A DNA stretch of 64,000 nucleotides from an uncultured delta proteobacterium. GTDB lineage: Bacteria > Myxococcota_A > Polyangia > Fen-1088. Made by a program: the position numbers and the translations under genes. The notes under the pieces are model-generated. The model was not told the DNA's origin, searched no databases, and was given only the letters and a program-made list of their open reading frames with translations. Positions 35,452-45,021 of the stretch are shown here, piece by piece; position 1 is the first letter of the stretch; the number at the start of each line of letters is the position of its first letter. The stretch spans positions 32,001 to 96,000 of the forward strand of contig CAVWIP010000010.1 in the NCBI GenBank assembly GCA_963755125.1, given 5' to 3'.

Positions 35452-36144
35452 ATGCGTGCAGTCGTCGTCATGTCAAGGCCGCAGGTCGGCGCAGCCGAAG
35501 TGGACTCGCCTGCGGCCGCCCTGCGTGAGCTGGGCTGCGAAGTGGTTCCGGTTGGCTACGATCTGGACGACCTGCCCGACGATCTGGAGCACATCCGTCC
35601 CGCCGTGGTCGTGGTGGACGCAGGCCCTTACCTGGAAGTGGGCCGCGCGGTGGTCAAGCACGCCAAGCAGATCCCAACCCTGGCCGAGGTGCCCATTCTC
35701 CTTTGCATCGAGGTTTCGCGACTGCCCGGCCTCGATCCAGAGCTGGGCATGGATGACTTCGTCCTATCGCCCATCGTGGGGCCGGAACTCTACGCGCGGG
35801 TACGCCAGCTCGACTGGCGGCTGTCTTCTTTCTCGGCTTCCGGCCGGGTCAAGTTGGGCGACCTCGTCATCGACACGGTGGCCGTCGAGGCCAGCTACCG
35901 CAGCCGCATACTCAAGCTGCCCCGGCAGGAATTCCAGCTCCTCAAGTTTCTGGCCGTGGGCGCTGGCCGGGTGTTCACGCGCGAGCAACTGCTTTCGCGC
36001 GTGTGGGGCTACCGTTACACTGGCAACACGCGCACGGTTGACATCCACGTTCGCCGGCTGCGCGCCAAGCTGGGACCTGGCGCCGAGATGATCGAGACAG
36101 TGCGCCACGTGGGCTACAAGATGCGTGCACCAGGCGCGTCGTGA
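35452..36144 (+). CDS. OmpR-family regulator with atypical receiver domain, GlnR-like
   Basis: EFQLLKFLA..GRVFTREQLLSRVWGYRY.G.TRTVDIHVRRLRAKLG; receiver lacks the N-terminal acidic pair and the conserved Lys (DDFVLSP). Confidence 0.88.
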   Translation: MRAVVVMSRPQVGAAEVDSPAAALRELGCEVVPVGYDLDDLPDDLEHIRPAVVVVDAGPYLEVGRAVVKHAKQIPTLAEVPILLCIEVSRLPGLDPELGMDDFVLSPIVGPELYARVRQLDWRLSSFSASGRVKLGDLVIDTVAVEASYRSRILKLPRQEFQLLKFLAVGAGRVFTREQLLSRVWGYRYTGNTRTVDIHVRRLRAKLGPGAEMIETVRHVGYKMRAPGAS

Positions 36145-37025
36145 CCAAAAAGGTTACAGCCAAACACAAACGGATCCGCGCTGCCTTTCAGGGCGAGCAC
36201 GGTGCTTTCTCCGAGGAGGCGGCCCGCCGCTTCCTCGGGTCACGGCTGCAGTCTGTGCCCCAGCGTGAATTCGACGATATGTTCGACGCGGTGGTGCGGG
36301 GAGATGCTGATTGCGCGGTGGTGCCGGTCGAGAACACCCTGGCTGGCTCGGTCATCAAGAACTACGACCTTTTGGTGGGCTATGACCTCACCATCATCGG
36401 CGAGGTGGTGCTGCGCGTCGCGCACAACCTGATCGCCCCCCGCGGTGTGAGACTCGGCGACGTGCGCCGCGTGTTCTCGCACCCGGTGGCGTTGGCCCAG
36501 TGCGAGGATTATCTGCGCAAGCTGCGACAGCAGATCCCCAGCCTGGAGGTGTTGCCCGCGTACGACACGGCCGGCGCAGTGAAGATGGTGGTGAAGAACG
36601 GGCGGCGCGACGAGGCCGCCATCGCGAGCGAGAGCGCCGCCGAGGTCTTCGCAGCGCACATCCTGGCCGCGGGCATCGAAAGCAACCCGCACAACTTCAC
36701 CCGTTTCTTCGTCATGGCCCGACCCGACCGCGTGGCGCGCATTCCCATCGCTGGCAAGGGGAAAGAACGCAAGACCAGCCTGGTGTTTCGCATCGCCAAC
36801 CGGCCGGGCTCGCTGTACGCCTCGCTCTACGCTTTTGCCGCGGAACAGGTCGACCTGACCAAGATCGAGTCGCGTCCCATCGTGGGCCGACCCTGGGAGT
36901 ATTCCTTCTACCTGGACTTCATCGGCGACCGCAAAGACGCCAACGTGCGCCGCGCGCTGGCCGCCCTGGCCGGCGCCGCCGAGAGCGTGCGCATCTTCGG
37001 GTCGTATCCACGGGCAGAAATCTAG
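36141..37025 (+). CDS. pheA: Prephenate dehydratase (PDT + ACT)
   Basis: FQGEHGAFSEEAA, PVENTLAG, SHPVALAQC, DTAGA, NFTRFF, LTKIESRP; GTGA overlap with the regulator gene. Confidence 0.94.
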   Translation: MTKKVTAKHKRIRAAFQGEHGAFSEEAARRFLGSRLQSVPQREFDDMFDAVVRGDADCAVVPVENTLAGSVIKNYDLLVGYDLTIIGEVVLRVAHNLIAPRGVRLGDVRRVFSHPVALAQCEDYLRKLRQQIPSLEVLPAYDTAGAVKMVVKNGRRDEAAIASESAAEVFAAHILAAGIESNPHNFTRFFVMARPDRVARIPIAGKGKERKTSLVFRIANRPGSLYASLYAFAAEQVDLTKIESRPIVGRPWEYSFYLDFIGDRKDANVRRALAALAGAAESVRIFGSYPRAEI

Positions 37026-37029
37026 GGGA

Positions 37030-37923
37030 ATGCTCCGCATCGATTTGACCGGAAAGCGCGCGCTGATCGCTGGCGTGGCGGACGACAGCGGCTTCGGCTT
37101 CGCCATCGCCAAGGCGCTGGCCGAGGCTGGCGCGACCGTATGCCTCGCCACCTGGCCCCCGGTGCTGGGCATCTTCCGCTCGCTGCTCGAACGCGGCAAG
37201 CTTGACGAGTCGCTGCGTCTGTCAGACGGCAGCAGGCTCGCCTTCGAACGCATCTGGCCGATGGATGCCGACTTCGACAGCGACGCGGATGTGCCTTCTT
37301 CCGTGCGCGAGCACCGACGTTATCGCGACTGCGGCGACTTCAGCATCGCGGGCCTGGCGAACCGGCTGCAGGCGGACTTCGGCGCTTCGTGCCTCGACAT
37401 TGTGGTGCACAGCCTAGCCAACGGCCCCGAGGTGAAAAAGCCACTCCTCGAAACCAGTCGCAAGGGCTACCTGGCCGCGGTGGGGACGAGCAGCTTCTCC
37501 TTCGCCTCGATGGTGCAGCGACTCGGCCCGCTGATTCGGCCGGGTGGTTCGTTCCTGGCGCTGTCCTACCTGGCCAGCGAGCGCGTCGTGCCAGGCTACG
37601 GGGGGGGCATGGGGTCGGCCAAGGCCGCGCTGGAAAGCGACGCGCGCGTGCTCGCCTTCGAGGCTGGCCGCAAGTGGGGGTTGCGCGTGAACGCGATCTC
37701 CGCCGGCCCCTGGGCCTCGCGCGCGGCCAGCGCCATCGGCTCGATCCAACAAATGATCGACTACTGCCGTATCAATTCACCCTTGCCCCAGGCTATCACC
37801 GCGGCCGAGGTGGGCACAGTCGCAGCTTTTCTGTCGAGCCCGCTCGCCTCGGGCATCACCGCCAGCACCGTCTACGTCGACAAGGGCTATCACGCCATGG
37901 GCATGGCCGTCTCGCCGCCGTGA
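37030..37923 (+). CDS. fabI: Enoyl-ACP reductase (NADH), plastid/chlamydial-type FabI
   Basis: IAGVADDSGFGFAIAK, WPPVL, VHSLANGPEV.KPLLETSRKGYL, PGYGGGMGSAKAALESD, ISAGP..SRAA.AIG. Confidence 0.92.
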   Translation: MLRIDLTGKRALIAGVADDSGFGFAIAKALAEAGATVCLATWPPVLGIFRSLLERGKLDESLRLSDGSRLAFERIWPMDADFDSDADVPSSVREHRRYRDCGDFSIAGLANRLQADFGASCLDIVVHSLANGPEVKKPLLETSRKGYLAAVGTSSFSFASMVQRLGPLIRPGGSFLALSYLASERVVPGYGGGMGSAKAALESDARVLAFEAGRKWGLRVNAISAGPWASRAASAIGSIQQMIDYCRINSPLPQAITAAEVGTVAAFLSSPLASGITASTVYVDKGYHAMGMAVSPP

Positions 37924-37983
37924 GCGGCGAGCGGAACCGCCAAAGTGTGCCTCCGCCCGGCCACCTGATAAGCTTGGCCCCGC

Positions 37984-40044
37984 ATGAACAAAGAGCCCGC
38001 CAAGGCCGCCCTGAAGGAACTGCGCCAACGTCTGAATCAGGTGGACGATGACATGGTCCGACTGCTGGCCAAGCGGCTGGAGACGGTCGCTCTCATCGCA
38101 AAAGAGAAGGCCGGCTCGACCCAGGCCATTCGGGATCCAGAACGCGAACGCGAGGTTTTGACGCGCGTCGAGACTCTGGCCCAGTCGCTGGGCCTGTCGG
38201 CTCCCCTGGCGCGCAAGATCTTCTCCGAGATCATCAGCTACTCGGTCAGCCGGCAGGTGGCCTCGCTGGCCGGGAGCGAGGGTGAAGCTACGGAGGTTGC
38301 GGTCGCCTACCAGGGCTCTTCGCTCACTTACAACAACCTGGCCGCTGAACAGTTCGTGGCCAGTCAGGGATTGGCAGGACGTTTCGTGGGCTTGCCCACG
38401 CTCAAGCAGGTCATCGACGCGCTGGCGTCCGGCGCGGTCGATCTTGCCTTTCTGCCCATCGAGAACACGGTCGCAGGCAGCATCAATCAGGTGTACGACG
38501 TCTTGCGCGAGCAAGATCTGCACATCGTGGGCGAAGAATCGTACCGTGTCGAGCTGTGCCTGGCAGCCACCGCCGATGTGCCCACCTCCGCGCTGCGACG
38601 GATCCTGTCTCACCCGCTGGCGCTCGATCAGTGCTACGCCTTCGTCGCGGCCCTGCCGCAAGCACGCGCCGAGCCCTTCCTCGACACCCGCGAGGCCATG
38701 CGCGCGGTGGCGGAAGCCAAGGACCCGACCTTGGCCGCCATCGGCTCTCCCGAGGCGGCGGCAGCGCACGAACTGCACATCTTGAACCGCAACGTGGGCA
38801 ACCAGGACGAGATCCTCATGCGCTACGTGGCGCTGGCCCGTGCGCCCGTTGCGGTGGACGTGCGCGTGCCCTGCAAGACCAGCCTGATCCTATCCACCCG
38901 GCACGAAAAAGGCGCGCTGCTGAACTGCCTGCACATCCTGGCCGAGTACGGGCTGAGCATGACCAAGTTGGAATCGCGTCCACGACCAAACCGGCCCTGG
39001 GAGTACATGTTCTTCATCGACTTCGAGGGCAACGTGGCGCAAGAGAGGACTGCCCTGGCGCTCGAAGCCCTGCGCAGCGAGGCGCTCTACTTGAAGATCC
39101 TCGGCTGCTATCCTGCCAAGGCCACGCCTGACGAGGCCCAGACCACCAGCCTGCCTGAGGCCGCCGGGGTCGTGCCTGTCGAGGCACCGACCACCGTTGT
39201 GCCCGCTGGCCGGCCCACGCCCAGCCCGCCGCGAGTGCGCGCCTCCAAACACTACCGGCTTGCTGACCGTGCCACCCATCCCGAGGATACCGTCATCCGT
39301 GTGGGCTCGCTGCTCATCGGCGGCACCGGGTTCGTGGTCATTGCCGGTCCTTGCTCAGTGGAATCGGAAGACCAGATCAACCGCACCGCGCTCTATGTGC
39401 GCGAGCAAGGGGCGCACATCCTGCGCGGGGGCGTGTTCAAGCCGCGCACAGGCCCCTATGCCTTCCAGGGGCTGGGCCGCGACGGGCTAGACCTGCTGGC
39501 CGCCGCCGGCAAGGCCGCTGGCCTGCCCGTCATCACCGAGGTGATGACCATCGATCAGGTACACCCGGTAGCCGAGAAGTCGGACATCCTGCAGATCGGC
39601 GCGCGCAACATGCAGAATTTCCCGCTGCTGTCAGCGGTGGGCAAGGTGGACCGGCCGGTGCTGCTCAAGCGTGGCCTGTCGAGCACCATTGAGGAATGGC
39701 TGGCGGCTGCCGAATACATCCTGGCGCAGGGCAACGGCCAGGTCATGCTGTGCGAGCGAGGCATTCGCACCTTCGAGAGCGCCACCCGCAACACGCTGGA
39801 TCTGTCCGCCGTGGTGGTGCTGCGCGAGCGCACCCACCTGCCCATCGTGGTGGATCCAAGCCACGGCACTGGCAAGCGTCCCTACGTGGCGCCCATGGCC
39901 TGGGCCGCGCGCGCCTGCGGCGCTCATGGCATCAGCATTGAGGTTCACCCCGACCCCGACAAGGCGCTTTCCGACGGCGACCAGAGCCTGAACTTTCCGG
40001 AGTTCAAGGCCCTGATGGAGGGCCTGAGTCGCGTGCGGGTGTAG
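37984..40044 (+). CDS. Fusion of chorismate mutase (AroQ), prephenate dehydratase/ACT-like module and class I-beta DAHP synthase
   Basis: CM: LRQRL...KR...EK...RDPERE...S...[83 protein letters not shown]. Confidence 0.92.
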   Translation: MNKEPAKAALKELRQRLNQVDDDMVRLLAKRLETVALIAKEKAGSTQAIRDPEREREVLTRVETLAQSLGLSAPLARKIFSEIISYSVSRQVASLAGSEGEATEVAVAYQGSSLTYNNLAAEQFVASQGLAGRFVGLPTLKQVIDALASGAVDLAFLPIENTVAGSINQVYDVLREQDLHIVGEESYRVELCLAATADVPTSALRRILSHPLALDQCYAFVAALPQARAEPFLDTREAMRAVAEAKDPTLAAIGSPEAAAAHELHILNRNVGNQDEILMRYVALARAPVAVDVRVPCKTSLILSTRHEKGALLNCLHILAEYGLSMTKLESRPRPNRPWEYMFFIDFEGNVAQERTALALEALRSEALYLKILGCYPAKATPDEAQTTSLPEAAGVVPVEAPTTVVPAGRPTPSPPRVRASKHYRLADRATHPEDTVIRVGSLLIGGTGFVVIAGPCSVESEDQINRTALYVREQGAHILRGGVFKPRTGPYAFQGLGRDGLDLLAAAGKAAGLPVITEVMTIDQVHPVAEKSDILQIGARNMQNFPLLSAVGKVDRPVLLKRGLSSTIEEWLAAAEYILAQGNGQVMLCERGIRTFESATRNTLDLSAVVVLRERTHLPIVVDPSHGTGKRPYVAPMAWAARACGAHGISIEVHPDPDKALSDGDQSLNFPEFKALMEGLSRVRV

Positions 40045-41100
40045 CTAGACGTCGAGGATACGCGCCCGTTCCCGTCGGGTCGCACAGACCGCCCGGTGCA
40101 GTGCCCATTGCCCACGCGCGCGCGCCAGGTTGTGCTCGCCGCGACCGGGATAGCGATCGGGCGCCCAGCCGAAATACGATTCCAGCAACGCATCGGCCGC
40201 AAAGCGCGCCGCCAGTTCGAGGCTGATCCATTCGACCCCGTGCAGACAGGCGCGACGCTCATCGAGGCCCAGCGGCCGGCCCAAGGCATCGTGGAACCCT
40301 TCGAAAGACGCCCGGAAGATGTCCAGGTCGAACCGGGCTTGGCTCGCGTCCTCGGGGCTGCGGTTGCACCACGAGCGCCACGCATCCCCCAACTCGTGGG
40401 CCAGCGCCATGGGTCCCACCGTGTCCAGGTCAATCAGGCATAGTGCCTGCTCGGCCGCGGGCAGCTCGCGGCCGGCAAACAGGATGTTGTTCAGTTTCGG
40501 ATCGCCATGGCACACGCACCTGGGCAGGCTAGGCAGGGGCGGCAGTTCACCGGCCGCGGCAAGCAAGTCGGCGGCCAAGACGCCGACCTCTCGGCAGAGG
40601 CGATGGTCCTTGTGGGCGTCCAGCGCCTCGCGAAGCCTGGCCAGGTGCTGGGCGGTATCGTGTACGCCCGCGCGCATGCCCACGAATTCGTGGTCGAGCC
40701 CGTCGAGCGCGCGATGAAACCGCGCGACCAGGCCGCCGGCAGCGCGCGCCTGGCCCAGGCTGGCCACCATGTCGAAGGACACACCGTCGACGTACGTCTG
40801 CAGCCGCCACAGCCCGTCCTCGACGCCCAGGTCGACGGACAGATAGCCGTCCCGGGTCGGGACCAGGCGCGGCGTGGTCATACCCAGGTCGGCCAGCCGC
40901 CGGGTAACCGCCTCGATGTTGTCGTTGACCGCGGCGGAGAAGACAGGATTCAGCCGTTGCAGCACGAAGCGCGCATCGCCGCGACTGACGAGGTAGGTCT
41001 GGTTGACCAGGCCTCTGCCGAGAGGCGTAGCCTGGGCGCCGTCCGTTCCCAGATAGCGGGGCAGGACACGCGCCCGGATGAGCTGGGCCTGGAGTTCCAC
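40045..41100 (-). CDS. Aminoglycoside phosphotransferase-family kinase (N-acetylhexosamine kinase-like)
   Basis: GRGLVNQTY, FVLQRLN, HGDPKLNNILF, LIDLDTV, LGDAWRS; start trimmed to GTG 41100. Confidence 0.85.
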   Translation of the reverse strand: MELQAQLIRARVLPRYLGTDGAQATPLGRGLVNQTYLVSRGDARFVLQRLNPVFSAAVNDNIEAVTRRLADLGMTTPRLVPTRDGYLSVDLGVEDGLWRLQTYVDGVSFDMVASLGQARAAGGLVARFHRALDGLDHEFVGMRAGVHDTAQHLARLREALDAHKDHRLCREVGVLAADLLAAAGELPPLPSLPRCVCHGDPKLNNILFAGRELPAAEQALCLIDLDTVGPMALAHELGDAWRSWCNRSPEDASQARFDLDIFRASFEGFHDALGRPLGLDERRACLHGVEWISLELAARFAADALLESYFGWAPDRYPGRGEHNLARARGQWALHRAVCATRRERARILDV

Positions 41101-41114
41101 GCCGATCAGCGCGA

Positions 41115-42932
41115 CTACTCCGAGGGAGGCGCGTCGGCCGGGGGCGCCTCCGCCTGCTCCGGCGGCTTCTCCCAGCCGCCCTCTTCCTTCGGGGGCGGCG
41201 GGCCAGCCTTCTCGAACTTGTGGGCGATGGCGAATCCCGCATTGAATTCGCCCAGCAAAATGATGGGCGCCACGCTGGACATGCCACGCGCTTCTACCCA
41301 GAGCGCAAGCCAGCGCGACAGATGATACATCATGCCCACCCCCACGCCGGCGGCCACTGGCCCTCCGCTGATCGTGTCGCTGTGGGTGGTCCCCGGGGGG
41401 CAGACTATCGTGACGTCCGTCCCATTGCACTTCTGTGCAACGTAGCCCAAGAAGGTCCTTTGCCCGCCGCCCAAAATGCCCGACCCAAACGCCTGAAAGT
41501 TCCCGCCGGTGAAGAAGGCGTACTGGGCGCGGAGAAAGAAAGCAAACGCCCAGTTCGGCGGATAGCTAACGCCGGACCGGGGGTTCCATCCGCTGGACTC
41601 GAGTGGCCTGTACTGAATGCGAGGCTGCAGCGAGAAGGCGAGCTTGTCGGTGAACTGGTAACCGAATTCCGGGACGACCTGGAGGATGCTTGCCAGAGAG
41701 TAGCCTGACCCGACGTGCAAGGGGGTCTTCTTGGGGTCGTTCGGGTCATAATCGTGGCTGTCCAGGTTGACCGGACCGTGATAGGTCACCCCTGTGCCGC
41801 CGCCCAGCGCGAGGAACACCGAACCGGGCAGGCGGCGATGGTACTTCCGCAAGTCCTCGTCGATCTGGTACTGCCTGTTGATCTCCTCCAACGGAGCCTT
41901 GTCCTCGACCATCGGCTCGGCTCTCGCGCTCGTATCCTTGCCTTGCAGCAGCAACACCAGCGCCGAGTTGTTCATGGGCGCGGCCCCGTCGACGATGGGC
42001 ATCAGGTTCGGGCTGTCGGCGCTTCCGATGGTCAGGGACTCCTTCGAGCCCGGGACCTTCGCTTCCAAGTAGAACTGAAATGCATTTCCCGTGACCGCGG
42101 CGGCGGCGACCGTCGCCGTGAGCCAGCCTTTGGGCGAACGAGTCATGGGCAAGGGCGTGAAATCTTCAGCGCCACTTTCACGATAGAAGAGCGTGGCGCT
42201 GGAGCGCCGTGGCTGCTTCTGGGTAACGCAGCGGACGAGGATATCCTCTTTGGGCGGCACCTCGCTGGGCAGCGGGCAGTAGAATGGTTCTGGAACCTTT
42301 GCGGGCGGCGGCGGCTCTTCCTCGTCCGCGACTTTCCTGGCCCCACGCATTCCACGACGGCCACCGCCGGTCGCACCAACCGGGGAAGCGCTGGCCGGTG
42401 CTGCGGAGGCCGTGCGATCCTCGACAGCCGGCGCAGGACCGGAAGCTGCCGGCCCTGCCGGAGTCTTGCCGGCGGACGCCGCCGCACTCCGAGCTGCCGG
42501 GGGAAGACTCGCCTGGCTGCGGGCCGCGTCGAAGGCTTCGTCCAGGGCAGCCGTCTCGACCTGCGGCGTGATCTTGATGTTGGGGTTGATCTTCAGGGCC
42601 ATCACCAGCTGTCGGATGGCCTTGTTCCTGTCGTTGAAGCCCGTCATGTAGACGGCCGCCAGATGCACATGGGTGCGCGCCGCGATCTCATGGTCCCCCA
42701 TGTTCGCGTCGGTGAGCAGCGCGACGGCGCCCCAGAGCGCGTCGCGCGCGGCCTCGTGCTTGCCCGCCTGTAGCTGGGCCAAGGCCTGCTTGTTGATCTC
42801 GACAACTTTGGTCACCGTGTCCTGCCCCTTGCCTGACCTGCCGGCAGCGGCGACTGGACCGGCCTGCAAAGACAGACCGAAGACGACCAGGGAAAACACA
42901 AGGGGCGAGAGGAAACAGCGGGACATCTTCAT
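41115..42932 (-). CDS. Secreted TPR-containing protein with C-terminal beta-rich (barrel-like) domain
   Basis: AGGAG RBS before ATG 42932, signal peptide, TPR-like ARTHVHLAAVY...AIRQLVMALKINP, amphipathic beta-strand C-terminus. Confidence 0.75.
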   Translation of the reverse strand: MKMSRCFLSPLVFSLVVFGLSLQAGPVAAAGRSGKGQDTVTKVVEINKQALAQLQAGKHEAARDALWGAVALLTDANMGDHEIAARTHVHLAAVYMTGFNDRNKAIRQLVMALKINPNIKITPQVETAALDEAFDAARSQASLPPAARSAAASAGKTPAGPAASGPAPAVEDRTASAAPASASPVGATGGGRRGMRGARKVADEEEPPPPAKVPEPFYCPLPSEVPPKEDILVRCVTQKQPRRSSATLFYRESGAEDFTPLPMTRSPKGWLTATVAAAAVTGNAFQFYLEAKVPGSKESLTIGSADSPNLMPIVDGAAPMNNSALVLLLQGKDTSARAEPMVEDKAPLEEINRQYQIDEDLRKYHRRLPGSVFLALGGGTGVTYHGPVNLDSHDYDPNDPKKTPLHVGSGYSLASILQVVPEFGYQFTDKLAFSLQPRIQYRPLESSGWNPRSGVSYPPNWAFAFFLRAQYAFFTGGNFQAFGSGILGGGQRTFLGYVAQKCNGTDVTIVCPPGTTHSDTISGGPVAAGVGVGMMYHLSRWLALWVEARGMSSVAPIILLGEFNAGFAIAHKFEKAGPPPPKEEGGWEKPPEQAEAPPADAPPSE

Positions 42933-43006
42933 GGATGCAGCTCCTGGGGACGGAGCCTGATCATTATGCTGGCTTTGAGGAGATGTCCATTCCTGCAATT
43001 GACATT

Positions 43007-43317
43007 GGAACCCTGGGAGGGTTCCCAACCCCTCCCGCGATGGTGCGCCCCCGGCAAAGCCGGCGGGCTCCCCACGCGTTTGATATGGGAACCTGGGAGG
43101 GTTCCCAACCCCTCCCGCGATGGTGCGCCCCCGGCAAAGCCGGCGGGCTCCCCACGCGTTTGATATGGGAACCTGGGAGGGTTCGCTCCGCCCTTCGGCC
43201 CCCCACGCCCACCCCCACCCCGCTCGCTGCGCTCGGTCTCGCCAACCCCTCCCGCGCTCTGGCTCCGGTGGGCAAAGCCCGCCTTCGCCTACGCGATCGT
43301 GCGAACCCTGGGAGGGT
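43007..43317. repeat. Mosaic tandem array of palindromic REP/MITE-like units
   Basis: 80-bp period (43021 = 43101) with two near-identical units, a third unit split by a 57-bp insert, and a diverged unit ending GAACCCTGGGAGGGT at 43303-43317. Confidence 0.9.
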
Positions 43318-43318
43318 G

Positions 43319-44503
43319 CTAGGGGCAAGGCTGGTGTGCCGGATCGCAGCCACCGCGGGGCGCTGGCACAACCAGGGGAGAGGTGTCGTCGGGGTCCGCC
43401 TCGATGAAGTAGCCATCGCCGTCCGCATCAACCCGGGGCGGATCCGTCGCCACATAGTGGTCGCCGGCTACCCAGTAGTCTATGCCGTCTGCTGTACGCA
43501 GCACGATGTGTCCCACCACGCGCGCGCCGCGCAGGTCGGTGTCGGGGTTGCCGCGCTCGGTAAGATAGAGAGCGCCGGTGGCGGCAAGCCGGTCAATGGC
43601 GGCCTGGTGGGGATGGCCGTCAGGGTTGTCGTCGCCCACTTCGATGATATCGACCCTGGGCTGCAGTTCGGCCAGGAAGGTGGGGCTGGACGAATAGGTG
43701 CTGCCGTGGTGACTGACCCGATAAACGTCCACATCCTTGGCCAGCGGAGCCACGGCGTACTCGATGTCGTGGTACGAGTAGCCGACCTCAGACACCAACG
43801 TCTGGCCCGAAAGATCGCCACCCGAGAAGTAGTCGAGCAGGCCGAAGCGCAGGACGAAAGCCAGCGAGTAGTCGTTCTCGCTGGGCGGGTCTGGGTCGTC
43901 GGCGGGTCCACCGGCGAGAAGCAAGCCATTGCCGTCCACGGCAACCACCCGCACGGACACACCCGGCCCGAGATCGATCTGACCGTCGCCCAGCGCGGCG
44001 ATTTCAGGGTGCAGCAGGTCCTGTCCCTCGCCGGCAAGATACTCGCGCCAGCGCGCCAGGGTTCCCCCGCCTTCGCCTGGGTACTGGGAGTAATCCCGGC
44101 GCAGCAACTTGCCCACCGTGAAGCCCTGCAGGTTGACCAGGTGCCAGATGCCGCCGTAGCCCGGATACCCGGTGTGGTCCAGATGGAAGTGGCTGACCAT
44201 CACATAGTCCAGATGGGAGGAGCCAAGGATGCTCTTGATGTACGGCCCGACTATCAAGGCCCCGTCGTCGGCGTCCCAGTCAGCCTCGCCCGCATCCACC
44301 AGCATGCTGCGGCCCGTGGGCCCCACGATCAGCGTGCTACATGCCTGGCCAGCATCGATGTGATGGATCTCGAGCCAACCCGCCTGCCAGGCGCCCCCAC
44401 CGGGCGGGTCAGTCCCGGAAACGGCCGGTATCTTGCCGCCGGGAACCAGGCTGCAGCCGGCAAGGAAGAGCAAACACCCGCGGAGTACCAAGAAGAGGCG
44501 CAT
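43319..44503 (-). CDS. ComEC/Rec2-like metallo-beta-lactamase-fold hydrolase lipoprotein
   Basis: Lipobox LAGC, IDAGQ, SHFHLDHTG, ENDYS, GGDL, SHHGS, HPH; C-terminal DADGDGY. Confidence 0.85.
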   Translation of the reverse strand: MRLFLVLRGCLLFLAGCSLVPGGKIPAVSGTDPPGGGAWQAGWLEIHHIDAGQACSTLIVGPTGRSMLVDAGEADWDADDGALIVGPYIKSILGSSHLDYVMVSHFHLDHTGYPGYGGIWHLVNLQGFTVGKLLRRDYSQYPGEGGGTLARWREYLAGEGQDLLHPEIAALGDGQIDLGPGVSVRVVAVDGNGLLLAGGPADDPDPPSENDYSLAFVLRFGLLDYFSGGDLSGQTLVSEVGYSYHDIEYAVAPLAKDVDVYRVSHHGSTYSSSPTFLAELQPRVDIIEVGDDNPDGHPHQAAIDRLAATGALYLTERGNPDTDLRGARVVGHIVLRTADGIDYWVAGDHYVATDPPRVDADGDGYFIEADPDDTSPLVVPAPRGGCDPAHQPCP

Positions 44504-44634
44504 GCCGGGTTATCGACAAGGGCGCTCTCAGGTTGCGTGGGCAAGACCCGGGGCGCGCCCCGGAGCCGCACGCGACCGCGGCCCCGCGTAGCGCCGCGGC
44601 CGCGCGGGTCCCGGAAAATTCTGTTGCCGCAATC

Positions 44635-44676
44635 AAAAGCGAGGCCCGCCGCTCAGGCTGCTGCCAGGCGGCGGGC
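44635..44676 (-). terminator. Putative intrinsic terminator after the small secreted protein gene
   Basis: GCCCGCCGC (44644-52) / GCGGCGGGC (44668-76) stem followed on the minus strand by CTCGCTTTT. Confidence 0.5.
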
Positions 44677-44693
44677 TGTGGAAGACGGACTGG

Positions 44694-44945
44694 CTACTTC
44701 TTGGGCGCGGGTGCCGGAGCAGCGGTCGGAGCAGCGGCCGGAACCGACGCGGGCGCCTTCTCCTCGACAGCCTTCTTGCCCTTCTTGCCCTTCTTGCCCT
44801 TGGCATCGGCGGGCTTGGCCGAGTCGGCCTGCGCGACCTTCCTGGCAGCGACGGGCGTGGGCGCCTTGTGGCTGACCTTGGCGGCAAAGGCCGACGTGCC
44901 GGTGAGCGTGGCGATTCCGAGTGCGATGATGAGCTTCTCGAACAT
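44694..44945 (-). CDS. Small secreted Ala/Lys/Pro-rich protein
   Basis: AAAGGAG RBS; MFEKLIIALGIATLTGTSAFA signal peptide; KGKKGKKGKK low-complexity tail. Confidence 0.8.
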   Translation of the reverse strand: MFEKLIIALGIATLTGTSAFAAKVSHKAPTPVAARKVAQADSAKPADAKGKKGKKGKKAVEEKAPASVPAAAPTAAPAPAPKK

Positions 44946-45005
44946 GGCGGCGACTCCTTTCCCTTGGGTTTGTGTGCTGTGAAAGCGTCTCTGTCTGGTT
45001 GGAAA

Positions 45006-45021
45006 TGCAGCGGCCGTGCCA
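45006..45021 (-). promoter_or_regulatory. Putative sigma54 (-24/-12) promoter
   Basis: Minus strand TGGCACG-GCCG-CTGCA, about 60 nt upstream of ATG 44945. Confidence 0.6.

Noticed and set aside
43040..43078. c-di-GMP-I riboswitch suggested by GGCAAA/GCAAAGCC
   Set aside because: Lacks the two-hairpin GEMM layout with a GNRA loop and receptor; the motif is simply the loop of the repeat hairpin.
43007..43317. CRISPR array
   Set aside because: The first two inter-repeat segments are identical and the others are structured homologues rather than unique spacers; no cas genes in the window.
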